64,000 bases of DNA from Clostridiales bacterium (GCA_004556965.1 SFFE01000008.1:10077-74076); one strand, 5' to 3'; positions 9,438 through 19,630 are shown, numbered from the stretch's first letter. The notes: generated by a model not told the origin, from the sequence alone. Numbers and translations are program-made.

Positions 9438-11061
9438 CCGATTCCTCCGTCTTGTTCAGCCGCAGCGAGTGCAGCAAAATGCCGTTGGACGAGAGCGTCA
9501 TGGCTGCCGCGGCGATGGAGGGATTTACGATCCCACAGGCCGCGACGGGAATGCAGATCAGATTATAGAACAGCGCCCAGCACAGATTCTGCCGCACCGT
9601 CCTGCGGGCAGTTCCGGCGAGCCGCAGCGCCTGCGGCACCCGCCCGATGCGCCCGCCGGGCAGCACCGCGTCGGCACACTCAATGGCAATGTCTGTTCCC
9701 GTGCCCATCGCGATCGCAAGATCCGCTTCCGCCATGGCCGGGGCGTCGTTGATCCCGTCGCCCACCATGGCGACGCGGCGGCCCTCGTTTTTCAAGCGTG
9801 TGATCTGTGCGGCCTTTTCCTCCGGCTTCACCTCGAAGAGAACATTCTCGATTCCGCACTCTCCTGAAATGCGGGTTGCCGTTTCTTCCTTGTCGCCGGA
9901 GATCATCCAGACCTCCAGCCCCAATGCCTTACAGGCGTCGACAGCGCTTTTCGCGTCTTCGCGCAGCGGATCTTTGATCCCCGGCTCTACACGGCCTTCG
10001 GTCAGGGTTCCGGTTTTGTCGAATACGACCGTATCAATGCTCCAAGCCTTTTCCATGGCCGAAGCTCCTTTGAAGAGGATCCCCAGCTCCGCCGCCCGTC
10101 CGGAAGCCGTCATCAAGGCTGCGGGCGTGGCGAGACCCAGTGCGCAGGGACAGGCGATCACCAGCACGCCGCAGACCGTCGAGACCGCTTTTCCCCAGTC
10201 ACCGGGAGCGAGCAGGAAAAACCACAGTGCAAAGACCAGCGCCGCAAGCGCGATAACAGATGGGACGAAGATCGTGGCGATCCGATCCGCAAAGCGCTGC
10301 ACGGGAGCTTTTTCACTCTGCGCGCGGCGTACAAAGGCCGCCATTTGCTGCAGAGTCGAATCCTCGCCAACTGAGGTCGCCGTGTAAGTGACTTTGCCCT
10401 CGCGGTCAAGCGTACCGCCGGTGATGCTGTCGCCCGGCCTCTTTTCCACAGGGAGGCTCTCGCCGGTCAGCAGCGACTCGTCCACCAGGCAGCTTCCCTC
10501 AAAGATCTTCCCATCGGCGGGAATCCGTTCGCCGGGGCGAAGCAGGATCGTGTCACCGGAGACGATCTCTGCGGCGTCGATCTCGGTCTCGACTCCATCC
10601 CGCAGCACGATCGCGGTCTTGGGCTGCAGGCGCAGGAGACTTCGCACCGCCTCGCCGCTCTGGTAGATCGCCACGGATTCCAGATAGCGGCCGAACAGCA
10701 GCAGCGAGATCAGCACGCCGTCGCAGAGATAATAGAGCTTGATGTTCTCCGTCACGGTGAACACGACGACCGTGCTGTAAACATAGATCGCCGTGGTGGA
10801 GAGCGCCACCAGCAGATCCATGCCAAGGCTGCGGCTTTTCAGCCCTCGGATCGCGTTTCGGATAAAATACAAGCCCGGACCGAACTGCAGCACCGTCGCC
10901 AGCACAAACTGGAAGCGCGGCGGCAGATCCCAGAGAAGCGGCATGCTCAGCGCGGTGGAGACGATCAGCAGCCGGAGCAGGCGGAAACGTTGTTTCAGCT
11001 CCTCCGCCTCATCCCCGAATACCTCACAGCCGCACCCGAGGACTACGCTCTCCTTATCCAA
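9418..11061 (-). CDS. P1B-1 (Cu+/Ag+-type) heavy-metal P-type ATPase lacking an N-terminal metal-binding domain
   Basis: CPC in a TM helix (IACPCALG), DKTGT phosphorylation site, GDGINDAP hinge, N-x6-YN-x4-P and MTLSS signatures. Only 547 aa. Confidence 0.85.
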   Translation of the reverse strand: MDKESVVLGCGCEVFGDEAEELKQRFRLLRLLIVSTALSMPLLWDLPPRFQFVLATVLQFGPGLYFIRNAIRGLKSRSLGMDLLVALSTTAIYVYSTVVVFTVTENIKLYYLCDGVLISLLLFGRYLESVAIYQSGEAVRSLLRLQPKTAIVLRDGVETEIDAAEIVSGDTILLRPGERIPADGKIFEGSCLVDESLLTGESLPVEKRPGDSITGGTLDREGKVTYTATSVGEDSTLQQMAAFVRRAQSEKAPVQRFADRIATIFVPSVIALAALVFALWFFLLAPGDWGKAVSTVCGVLVIACPCALGLATPAALMTASGRAAELGILFKGASAMEKAWSIDTVVFDKTGTLTEGRVEPGIKDPLREDAKSAVDACKALGLEVWMISGDKEETATRISGECGIENVLFEVKPEEKAAQITRLKNEGRRVAMVGDGINDAPAMAEADLAIAMGTGTDIAIECADAVLPGGRIGRVPQALRLAGTARRTVRQNLCWALFYNLICIPVAACGIVNPSIAAAAMTLSSNGILLHSLRLNKTEESDETRTL

Positions 11062-11560
11062 GCTGTGCTTCCTTCTTCAGTCTGCGCCAGTGTTTAAAGC
11101 CAATTACTGCGCAGGGCACGCAGCAGGGGACCATATGGAACAGCAGCACCCAGCTGAGCCAGTCGACGCCCTGATAGAAATTGCCTTGATATTCCACGCC
11201 TTTCATCAGTGCAAAGTAGGAAAAATTCCACACTCCCCACAAACCGGTGGCAGAACCAAAAAGATGCAGGCCCAGGAAGGAAGCGGGCGTAAAGATGCCA
11301 CCGATTGCCCCAACGAGAGTAGCGGACATGCGGCGGGATTTGGCGAGGAAAATTGTGATGACAGGGAAGATGTACACGGTGAGATTCAGCGCCCAGATTG
11401 CGAGTGGGATATGGTAGCCCCAGTTGAGTGCCTGGCGGATGTGGTCGCCGTCGTGAATCAGCACGGCGATGACCATGACGATCCCGCAGATGAACATGGT
11501 ATGGGCGGTTTTTTCGTCCAGCTTCTTATCGAGCATGGCGGCGGTCTGTTTGTCGGACAT
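11054..11560 (-). CDS. hypothetical 4-5 TM membrane protein with C-terminal CC-x-PC motif
   Basis: First gene of the cassette. GAGAGGGG RBS before the ATG at 11560. Contains HDGDH and VPCCVPC motifs. Confidence 0.6.
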   Translation of the reverse strand: MSDKQTAAMLDKKLDEKTAHTMFICGIVMVIAVLIHDGDHIRQALNWGYHIPLAIWALNLTVYIFPVITIFLAKSRRMSATLVGAIGGIFTPASFLGLHLFGSATGLWGVWNFSYFALMKGVEYQGNFYQGVDWLSWVLLFHMVPCCVPCAVIGFKHWRRLKKEAQLG

Positions 11561-11583
11561 GGAAAAAGCCCCTCTCATTTAAA

Positions 11584-11648
11584 TTACCTTTTGGTTATTA
11601 TTGACCAATTGGTAATTATAAAATATCATCGAGGAACCCCAATGTCAA
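11584..11648 (-). promoter_or_regulatory. sigma-A-type promoter (TTGACA-17-TATTTT) followed by two adjacent ACC-N4-GGT palindromes (candidate TetR operator)
   Basis: Minus strand reads TTGACAttggggttcctcgatgaTATTTTataatTACCAATTGGTCAATAATAACCAAAAGGTAA, immediately upstream of the cassette RBS. Confidence 0.55.
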
Positions 11649-11970
11649 GGGAAAGACATAAGAAAAGGCAGGACAAATATGTCCTGCGCAGACACCGTTT
11701 GGTGCAAATACCCTTCCCTGGACACCGTTTGGTGCAACACAGACAGAGAAAGGCTCATCCATTTGGATGGGTCTTTTTCATTTGTATAGAATCTCTATGT
11801 TCTTTGGTTTCTTCACAGCTGGTGCGATCTGCTTGCACGATGATTGCTGGCTTTCACCACAAAGCAGCTGCCCCTGCAGGAAAACCGAAAATCCCGCTTT
11901 CCATTCTGGAAAAGCTATGCTATAATTGCCTTGCCAAATTCTTTTTAGCTATACGGAGGAGGAAACGAAT

Positions 11971-12159
11971 ATGACAATTGCAGAAATTCGCGCACTTGGC
12001 CTGATGGAAGAGGCCATTGCAGAACTCAGCGGCGGCGATGACAAGGCTGAGATTGTCCGTGCAAGCTTGATTTGTCCGCTTTGCGGCATGGCGGAGACCG
12101 TCTGGTACTGTCCGGCCACGGACAAGCATGTCTGCGTGGATTGCCACTACGTTTGGTGA
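11971..12159 (+). CDS. small Cys-rich (zinc-ribbon-like) hypothetical protein
   Basis: 62 aa with GGAGGAGG RBS. CPLCG...CVDCH motifs. Confidence 0.5.
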   Translation: MTIAEIRALGLMEEAIAELSGGDDKAEIVRASLICPLCGMAETVWYCPATDKHVCVDCHYVW

Positions 12160-12404
12160 AAATAATGGGGCTACCCAAAACGGGGCAGCCCTAAAACAAC
12201 GAAAATTAACGGTAACAGCTCTATGAAATGGTACATAGACGTTTTACACGATCCAGTAACGAGATTTTATACCCATTTTCATACCTGCTTGACAGAAAAA
12301 GCCCATCCATTCGGATGAGTTTTTTTGTTGCGCATTCCGATTTGACATGTAAACAGGCGCCCAGCCGACCGGCTGGACGCCTCGCGATATTTGTGGTGTT
12401 CAGA

Positions 12405-13818
12405 TCATTTGGTAATCTGGAAAGAGCGGGTGAGCGGCGCAGCCTGATAGTTGCCGCCCAGCGTGACGACGGTCACGGTGTAACGACCCGGCTCCGTGGG
12501 AGCGGTCGTTGTACTGGAATAGATGCGGAAGCTGCTGGTGATGCCGGAGTAGAGGTAGTGGATGTTGCTCTGATTTATGGAACTGCCTGCTGCGGAATTG
12601 AGCGCATCGATCAGACCGCTCAGCAGCGCTCGCAGCTCACCGACGGTCATACCCTCCTGCATCATTTGGGTCAGGGTCTTGCCGTCATTGAATGCGGCGA
12701 CAATCGTATCGAGAATATTCAGCGCGGCAGAATCCGTGAGACGTGCGGGCAACTGAACGTAAACACATGCGTCGACATTGCTGGTCAGACCGACATAAAT
12801 CGTGTAAATGTCAATTGCGGGATCGTTGGGATCGAGCGTGACAAAGCCCTCAGGAATTGCCTCGTCCGCATAGATGCTGGTGGAGTGAACGGAGACCTTC
12901 ACGGTCGCTTTTTTCACGGTAACAGTGCCTTCCACGTCATTTGCCGGACGGTACTCTGCGTTGCCCTTGTAAGTGATGCGCACCTGCTGCCCGCCCGCAC
13001 CCATCTGGGGATAGGAAACGAGAACAATCCGGCCGCTTTCAATGGAAATCCAGTTGCGTGTTGCGCCAGTGACGCTGTCAACGGCATAGTATTCAAACGT
13101 AAAATCGTCGATGGAAGCGTCTGCGGGAAGGGTAGCGGCGCTCCAGTCGATGGCGTTTTGGAACAGATCCTGCTTCATTACTTCGGGTTCCATGTTGTAT
13201 GTAATTGCTGCGCCCTCTTTGAAAACGATATGGCTTGCAATGCGGTTGTCCGTGACGGTGACCATGACCGTGGAGGAGCCGGGCTTATACTCCGTGGTGC
13301 CGTTCCAGGAGAAACGGATTTTCCACGTGCCGGGACCGAATGCATTTGCGCCGCCCTTATCCAGAGACGACCAGATGTTGCTGACCCCGTCAACACTGAT
13401 GGGGTTTGCGTCATATTGAATCGTGACGTCGTCGAACGTCTGCTCCGGTTCGGTGGACTCCAGCACGGCGTCGAAGATGGCTTGCTCAACTTCAGCATAG
13501 TTGTAGCTCAGATCGTCGTTGAATACCATGCCGACTTCGTAGGGGTCTTTCTTCAGCGTGTATGCCACATCCGACCGGCCAACCACGTTGACGTCGACCT
13601 CGGCAGAGACGGCGAAGTGGGTGTCATCGCCGGCGTAGGAGACGCGGATCTTCTGCGTTCCCTCGGTCATGGCAGGGTAGGTGAATGTGCGCTTGGCGCC
13701 TTCCAGAGCCGCCCAATCCTGCACCAGACCGGCTTTGTTGGCGACGAGCGCATCAAACAGGATCTGCTTGCCCTGCTCTTTACTTGCATCTGCGGGAATG
13801 ACCGCTGTGCCGCTTTAC
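12405..13818 (-). pseudogene. C-terminal fragment of a large Ig-like-repeat surface protein (no start codon, no signal peptide)
   Basis: The frame is open up to a TAA at 13816-13818 with no ATG near it. Beta-rich repeated TVTV/KVSV segments. AT-rich junction directly upstream. Confidence 0.6.
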
Positions 13819-13913
13819 AGCAAAAAATCAATTAAAATTACTATAATTCCAATAAAAATACAAAATCAGAGCGTATCAAAAATTTTTGGGTATTGGAATT
13901 CAATGGAGAACTG

Positions 13914-13946
13914 GAAGACAGAAAGCGCCCTGAACCGGTTACCGGT
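13914..13946 (-). terminator. rho-independent terminator downstream of ireB
   Basis: 15-bp stem AGCGCCCCGAACCGG/CCGGTTCAGGGCGCT followed by TTTCTGTCTT on the minus strand. Confidence 0.7.
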
Positions 13947-13971
13947 TCGGGGCGCTTGGCGTGTGGGGTGA

Positions 13972-14214
13972 TTACTTGCCCAGATAACTTGTCAGAAGCT
14001 CCTGCAGAAGCTCGTCCCGGTCGAGACGGCAAATCAGGCTCCGGGCGTTGTTGTAGTTGGTGATGTAGGTTGGGTCCTCGGAGAGGATATAGCCGACCAA
14101 CTGGTTGATGGGATTGTAGCCTTTGACAACAAGGGAATTGTACACGGAAGAAAGGATTTCTTTCATCTCGGCTTTGTTGTCGATGGCCGTAAATTTTCTG
14201 GTGACATCTTCCAT
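13972..14214 (-). CDS. ireB: IreB-family regulatory phosphoprotein (UPF0297)
   Basis: [44 protein letters not shown] matches the conserved IreB/YrzL core. Start taken at MEDVTRKF. Confidence 0.85.
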   Translation of the reverse strand: MEDVTRKFTAIDNKAEMKEILSSVYNSLVVKGYNPINQLVGYILSEDPTYITNYNNARSLICRLDRDELLQELLTSYLGK

Positions 14215-14322
14215 GCGTCTGACCTCCCTTTTCTTTGATCTTGTGTTCATTATACCAAAAAACACAAGTCTGTAAAGACAAAATCTTACGATTCACGGAA
14301 AAATTTTCACCATATTTTGTGG

Positions 14323-16704
14323 TCAGCGCATAGAAGCGTTGAACGTTTCTTTTAGTGCGGCGAGTACGGCGCTCATGGTCTCGTCCGCGTGCTCATCCGT
14401 CAGCGTCTGATCGTCGGCACGCAGCTCGAGGGAGAACGCGACGCTCTTCATCCCGGCGGGGATGGGCGCGCCGGTGTACACGTCGAACAGCTCACAGCGC
14501 TTGAGATGCTGTCCGCCCGCGCCGAGAATACAGGCTTCCAGCTTAGCCACGGGGATGGCCGCGTCGCAGACGACGGCGATGTCGCGCGTGACGGCCGGAA
14601 AACGCGGCAGCGGCACATAGACCGGCGTGGCGCCTCTGGCGTCGAGAATGGCGTCGAGCTTCAGCTCGGCGGTGTACAGCTCTGCGTCCACGCCGTAATT
14701 CGCGGCGACGCTCGGATGGATCTGACCGATCACGCCCAGCTCCGTCTCACCGGCAAACACCTTCGCGCAGCGGCCGGGGTGGTAGGACGGATTCGTGCTG
14801 TCGGCCTCAAAGGAGACGTCTTCCACGCGCAGCCCGCCGAGGATGCTCTCCACCGCGCCCTTGAGCTTGAAGAAGTTCATGTCGCTGCCGTAAGCGCCGA
14901 GACAAAGCATCTTCGGCTCGTCGGCCATTCCGTCTTCCCGCGCAAAATAGACCTTACCCAACTCGTAGAGCTTGACGGACTTGTTGCGGTAGTTATAGTT
15001 GCGCGTCAAAATCTCCAGCATGGAGGGGAGGACGGTCGTGCGCATGATGGAGGTGTCCTCGCCCAAGGGATTCAGGATCTTCATCGAATTGCGCAGCGGG
15101 GAACCCGCCGGAAGCGCGATCTTGTCGTAGTACGAGGGGCTGATGAAAGAGTAGGTGATGATCTCGTTGTAGCCCAGTGTGCGGGCGAGACTGCCGAGCC
15201 TGCGCTCGGCGTTCTGGCGGTCGGTGTAGCCGCCGCTCGTGGTCTGGCCGCGCATGAGCGTGTTCGGGATGTTGTTGTAGCCATAAAAGCGGGCGACCTC
15301 CTCCGCAATGTCGGAGTAATGCTCCACGTCGCCGCGCCAGGAGGGAACGATGATCGTGTCGCCGTCGAGCCCGAAGCCGAGCGCCAGAAGGATGCGGCGC
15401 ATCTCCGCCTCGCTCACGTCGGTGCCGAGCAGGCCGTTGACCTTTTCCGGCTCCAGCTTTACGGTGGTCGGCGTGAACGGCTTCGGCATCACGTCGATGA
15501 CGCCCTGCATCACCTCGCCGCAGCCGAGCAGCTCCACAAGCTCGCACGCGCGATCCACGGCGGCCATGGTGTTCATGGGGTCAAGCCCCTTTTCAAAGCG
15601 GCCGGACGCCTCGGTGCGCATGCCGAGCGCGGTGGCGGTGCGGCGGACGGACGGGCCGTTGAAGTTTGCGCTCTCAAACACGACCATGGCGGTGTCGCCT
15701 TCGATCTCGGAGTTCGCGCCGCCCATGACGCCGGCGACGGCGACCGGCTTCTGCTCGTCGCAGATGCACAGCATGCTCGGCGTCAGCTTGCGGGCGTTGC
15801 CGTCGAGCGTCTGGATGGTCTCGCCCTCGCGCGCGTTGCGGATGATGATCTGCTTGCCGTCGATGCAGGAGAAATCGAACGCGTGCATCGGCTGGCCGTA
15901 TTCCAGCATGACATAGTTTGTGATGTCCACGATGTTGTTGATCGGGCGCACGCCGCTGTTGCGCAGACGCTCGCGCATCCACGCCGGGGAGGGCGCGATT
16001 TTGACGTTGCGCACCATGCGCGCGGTGTAGCGCGGGCAAAGCTCCGGCGCGTCGATGCGGATGCTGACGTGGTTGGAGATGTCGTCCTCGCAGCCCTTGA
16101 CCACGGGCGTGTGCAGCTTGAGCGGCTGGCTGAACGTGACGGCGGCCTCGCGGGCGAGACCGATGACGGACAGGCAGTCCGGGCGGTTCGGCGTGATTTC
16201 AAACTCGATCACATGGTCGTCCGCACCGATGACGGCGGCGATATCGTCGCCGGGCTGCACGCCATCCTCCTGCATAATCCACAATCCGTCCTCAATGCCG
16301 TACGAATAATCGTGCAGGGTCAGACCCAGTTCCTTGAGAGAGCAGATCATGCCGTTGGATTCCTCGCCGCGCAGCACGCCGGCATGGATCTCGACGCCGC
16401 CGGGCAGCACGGAGCCATCGAGCGCGATGGGCACCATGTCGCCGACCTTCTGGTTCTGCGCGCCGGTGACGATCTGGATGGGAGCGTCCCGCCCCACGTC
16501 CACCTGACAGACCCACATGTGGTCGGAATTCGTGTGGCGCACCATTTCAATAATTCTGCCTGCGACAACGTTCTGAATGCCGTCGTGCAGGTTTTCATAC
16601 GTCTCAACCTTGGAGCCGGAGAGCGTCATTGCCTCGGAAAATTCCCGATCGCCGGTTGCGGAGCAATCCACAAACTCGTTGAGCCATTTTCTGCTTAAAA
16701 TCAT
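14323..16704 (-). CDS. pheT: phenylalanine--tRNA ligase beta subunit
   Basis: 793 aa with tRNA-binding, B3/4, B5 and FDX-ACB architecture. Immediately downstream of pheS. Confidence 0.95.
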   Translation of the reverse strand: MILSRKWLNEFVDCSATGDREFSEAMTLSGSKVETYENLHDGIQNVVAGRIIEMVRHTNSDHMWVCQVDVGRDAPIQIVTGAQNQKVGDMVPIALDGSVLPGGVEIHAGVLRGEESNGMICSLKELGLTLHDYSYGIEDGLWIMQEDGVQPGDDIAAVIGADDHVIEFEITPNRPDCLSVIGLAREAAVTFSQPLKLHTPVVKGCEDDISNHVSIRIDAPELCPRYTARMVRNVKIAPSPAWMRERLRNSGVRPINNIVDITNYVMLEYGQPMHAFDFSCIDGKQIIIRNAREGETIQTLDGNARKLTPSMLCICDEQKPVAVAGVMGGANSEIEGDTAMVVFESANFNGPSVRRTATALGMRTEASGRFEKGLDPMNTMAAVDRACELVELLGCGEVMQGVIDVMPKPFTPTTVKLEPEKVNGLLGTDVSEAEMRRILLALGFGLDGDTIIVPSWRGDVEHYSDIAEEVARFYGYNNIPNTLMRGQTTSGGYTDRQNAERRLGSLARTLGYNEIITYSFISPSYYDKIALPAGSPLRNSMKILNPLGEDTSIMRTTVLPSMLEILTRNYNYRNKSVKLYELGKVYFAREDGMADEPKMLCLGAYGSDMNFFKLKGAVESILGGLRVEDVSFEADSTNPSYHPGRCAKVFAGETELGVIGQIHPSVAANYGVDAELYTAELKLDAILDARGATPVYVPLPRFPAVTRDIAVVCDAAIPVAKLEACILGAGGQHLKRCELFDVYTGAPIPAGMKSVAFSLELRADDQTLTDEHADETMSAVLAALKETFNASMR

Positions 16705-16722
16705 GTCGTTCTCTCTCCTTTC

Positions 16723-17748
16723 TCAGAACTGCTGCAGGAAGCGCACGTCGTTTTCGAAGATCAGGCGCAGGTCACTGATCTTGAACCGGCGCATGGCCAG
16801 ACGCTCCAGCCCCATGCCGAATGCCCAGCCGGAGTACACGTTCGTGTCGATGCCGCAGCCCTCAAGCACCTTGGGGTGCACCATGCCGGCGCCGAGGATC
16901 TCGATCCAGCCCTCGCCCTTGCAGGTGGGGCAGCCCTTGCCGCCGCACTTGTGGCACTGCACGTCCATCTCGCACGACGGCTCGGTGAACGGGAAGTGGT
17001 GCGGGCGGAAGCGGGTGACGGTGTCCTCGCCGTAGAGCTTTTTCACCACGGTGTTGAGCGTGCCCTTCAGGTCCGCCATCGTGACGCCCTTGTCGATGAC
17101 CATGCCCTCAATCTGGTGGAACATGGGCGAGTGCGTGGCGTCCACCTCGTCCTTGCGGTAGACGCGGCCGGGCGCGACCATGCGGATCGGGAGCGGTTTC
17201 GTCTCCATTGCGCGCACCTGAATCGGCGAGGTCTGCGTGCGCAGCAGGATGCTGCTGTCCTCGGTGAGATAGAACGTATCCGACCATTCGCGGGCGGGGT
17301 GCCCCTCGTCGGTGTTCAGCTTGGTGAAGTTATAATCGGCCTTTTCGATTTCGGGGCCTTCAAGAATCTCAAAGCCCATGCCGATGAAAATTTCCTTGAT
17401 CTCGTCCAGCACCACGTACATCGGGTGCTTGTGACCGATCTCATTGTGCTCGCCGGGCATCGTCACGTCGAGCGTCTCGGCCTTGAGCCGGCGCTCCATC
17501 ATGAGATCGCTCAGCGCCTTGCGGCGGGTGTCGATGGCCTCCTCCAGCTCGGCACGCACCTGATTGGCGAGCTGCCCCATCGCGGGGCGCTCCTCGGCGG
17601 AGAGCTTGCCCATCTGCTTGAGGATCTTGGTCAGCTCACCCTTTTTCCCGAGGTATTTGACCCGGAGACTTTCGAGCGCTTCCGCGTCCTGCGCCTGCAA
17701 AATGGCGTTGACGGAGACCTCCCGAAGCTCCTGCAGCATTTTTTTCAT
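16723..17748 (-). CDS. pheS: phenylalanine--tRNA ligase alpha subunit
   Basis: 341 aa with class II aaRS motifs (FRPHHFPFTEPS, GWAFGMGLERLAM). Confidence 0.95.
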   Translation of the reverse strand: MKKMLQELREVSVNAILQAQDAEALESLRVKYLGKKGELTKILKQMGKLSAEERPAMGQLANQVRAELEEAIDTRRKALSDLMMERRLKAETLDVTMPGEHNEIGHKHPMYVVLDEIKEIFIGMGFEILEGPEIEKADYNFTKLNTDEGHPAREWSDTFYLTEDSSILLRTQTSPIQVRAMETKPLPIRMVAPGRVYRKDEVDATHSPMFHQIEGMVIDKGVTMADLKGTLNTVVKKLYGEDTVTRFRPHHFPFTEPSCEMDVQCHKCGGKGCPTCKGEGWIEILGAGMVHPKVLEGCGIDTNVYSGWAFGMGLERLAMRRFKISDLRLIFENDVRFLQQF

Positions 17749-17769
17749 GCGAACAACTCCTTCGTTGAT

Positions 17770-18010
17770 GAATTATAATGTCAGGACCGCAAAAAAAAAT
17801 CCTCTCATCCCGAACACAGGGACGAAAGGCATTCTTCCGCGGTACCACCCGAATTCGGCGCCAGGCGCCGCACTCTTTCTGCTGTAACGGGCAGACCCGC
17901 CGGGGATTGGCCGGCGCTCACGGGCGAACGAAGCACGTTTCTCGCAGGGCGCTTTCAGCCGGTGACGCCCCTCTCTGCTGCGGAACCTTGGTGCTATTTT
18001 CCCGATCAAC
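17770..18010 (-). promoter_or_regulatory. T-box leader (Phe) with terminator/antiterminator
   Basis: Minus strand carries AGAGAG, candidate UUC specifier codons and the T-box AATTCGGGTGGTACCGCGG (17837-17855). An 11-bp terminator stem plus U9 lies at 17791-17829. Confidence 0.85.
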
Positions 18011-18131
18011 GCAATACAATTGTTAACAACGCTATACTTATATCACATTTCTTCGGCGAAATCAATGAAAAAGGTGAATAAAATTTGACGCATGGCGACA
18101 GAAAAGTTATAATGGTTCATCAACGACATTT

Positions 18132-19001
18132 GTGTTTTCGGGGGCGAGCGCCATGAACGGCAGCGGACAAGGGGAGTTTTTTCTCCCGAAGCGCCGGCTC
18201 GACACGCACAAGGGCGACTATGGCCGCCTGCTCATCATCGGCGGCAGCGTGGGCTATACCGGCGCGCCGACGCTCTGCGCCAGAGCCGCCGTGCGCAGCG
18301 GAGCGGGGCTGGTGTATCTGGGTGTTCCGGCGGATATCTACGCCATCACGGCGGTGAAAAACGACGAGGCGATGCCGTTTCCGCTCGCATGTGAGGACGG
18401 GAAGCTCTCCGCCGCAGCGGTGGACGCGATCCTGGAGCGGCTGGCGGCATGCGATGTGTGCGTGATCGGCCCCGGTCTCGGCCGGAGCGACGCGCTGACG
18501 GCGCTCGTCCGGCGTGTGGTGCGGGAGTCCGGAATTCCCATCGTCGCGGATGCGGACGCGCTGTTTGCGCTCGCGCAGGACACAGCGGTGCTGGATTGTG
18601 CGCGTGCGCCGGTGATTCTGACGCCGCACGAGGGCGAGTTCCGGCGGCTGTACGGGGAGAGCGGCGGCGACCGTGCAGCGGAAGCGTCCCGGTTTGCTGT
18701 GGAGCACGGCTGTACGGTTGTGCGCAAAGGGCCGGAGACGGTCTGCGCCTTTCCAGACGGGGAGACGGTGTGTCTGCGCGTGGGCAACCCCGGCATGGCG
18801 AAAGGCGGCAGCGGCGACGTGCTCGCCGGGATTCTCGGCGCTTTCGTGTGCCAGCTTCCCATGAAGCGCGCGGTGCAGACGGCGGTGTGGGTACACGGCG
18901 CGGCGGGCGACCGCTGCGCAGCGAAGTTTGGCGAATACGCAATGACGCCGGCAGACCTGATCGAGGCGCTGCCGGAGGTCACAAAACCATTGATTCGATA
19001 G
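18132..19001 (+). CDS. nnrD: ADP-dependent NAD(P)H-hydrate dehydratase (YjeF C-terminal family)
   Basis: HKGDYGRLLIIGGS, carbohydrate-kinase fold and GSGDVLAG motif. Confidence 0.85.
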   Translation: MFSGASAMNGSGQGEFFLPKRRLDTHKGDYGRLLIIGGSVGYTGAPTLCARAAVRSGAGLVYLGVPADIYAITAVKNDEAMPFPLACEDGKLSAAAVDAILERLAACDVCVIGPGLGRSDALTALVRRVVRESGIPIVADADALFALAQDTAVLDCARAPVILTPHEGEFRRLYGESGGDRAAEASRFAVEHGCTVVRKGPETVCAFPDGETVCLRVGNPGMAKGGSGDVLAGILGAFVCQLPMKRAVQTAVWVHGAAGDRCAAKFGEYAMTPADLIEALPEVTKPLIR

Positions 19002-19009
19002 GAGGCAGT

Positions 19010-19630
19010 ATGCGGCGAGGATGGATTGCCGCACTGACGATAAGCGCTCTGCTGCTGGCCGGCTGCGGCTCCAGCGGGGCGGAGGAACAATTTGACTGTT
19101 TCCGGCAATCGCTGGAGACTTCCGGCAGCGTCACTGTTACGGCGGAGGTCACGGCGGTGTCGGACGAGGATGTACTGAGCTATACGCTCTCCTGCGCAGA
19201 GGTCGAGGACGGGTACGACATTGCCGTGACCGGGCCGGAACTGCTCTCCGGCGTGCGGGCGCACCTGCGGCAGAACGACGCCACGCTGGAGTTCGACAAC
19301 ATCGTGATCCCCATGGGTTCGCTGAACGACAACGGCCTGTCTCCGCTGACGGCGCTGCCATGCATTCTGGAAGCGGCGCGCAGCGGCTATGCGGATCTGG
19401 TCTGGACGGAGGGCGGCCGGCTCACGGCGCAGCTTGTGCTGGACGATACCACCACGGTGCGTCTGCATCTGAACGATGCGCTCACGCCCGTGTCCGCGGA
19501 GGTCGCGGTGGAGGATGCAACGGTCATACAATGCAGCATCATAACCTGGCAACAGAACGAAAGAGGGACTCAATATGAATCGGACGATCCGAACCTGGGT
19601 GGAGATCAGTCTCAACAATCTGGAACATAA
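19010..19630 (+). CDS. putative lipoprotein
   Basis: Signal peptide with lipobox LLLAGC. AGGAGG RBS. Overlaps the alr start by 56 nt. Confidence 0.6.
   Translation: MRRGWIAALTISALLLAGCGSSGAEEQFDCFRQSLETSGSVTVTAEVTAVSDEDVLSYTLSCAEVEDGYDIAVTGPELLSGVRAHLRQNDATLEFDNIVIPMGSLNDNGLSPLTALPCILEAARSGYADLVWTEGGRLTAQLVLDDTTTVRLHLNDALTPVSAEVAVEDATVIQCSIITWQQNERGTQYESDDPNLGGDQSQQSGT

Noticed and set aside
14389-16698. Very long antisense ORFs opposite real genes. Examples are 14389..16698 opposite pheT, 24944..26659 opposite EF-G, 16876..17778 opposite pheS, 19539..20720 opposite alr, 21830..23581 opposite pdp and 51447..52742 opposite parB.
   Set aside because: High-G+C DNA leaves the antisense frames stop-poor. 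The translations are Arg/Ala/Gly/His-rich low-complexity sequence with no motifs, while the sense strand encodes unmistakable conserved proteins.
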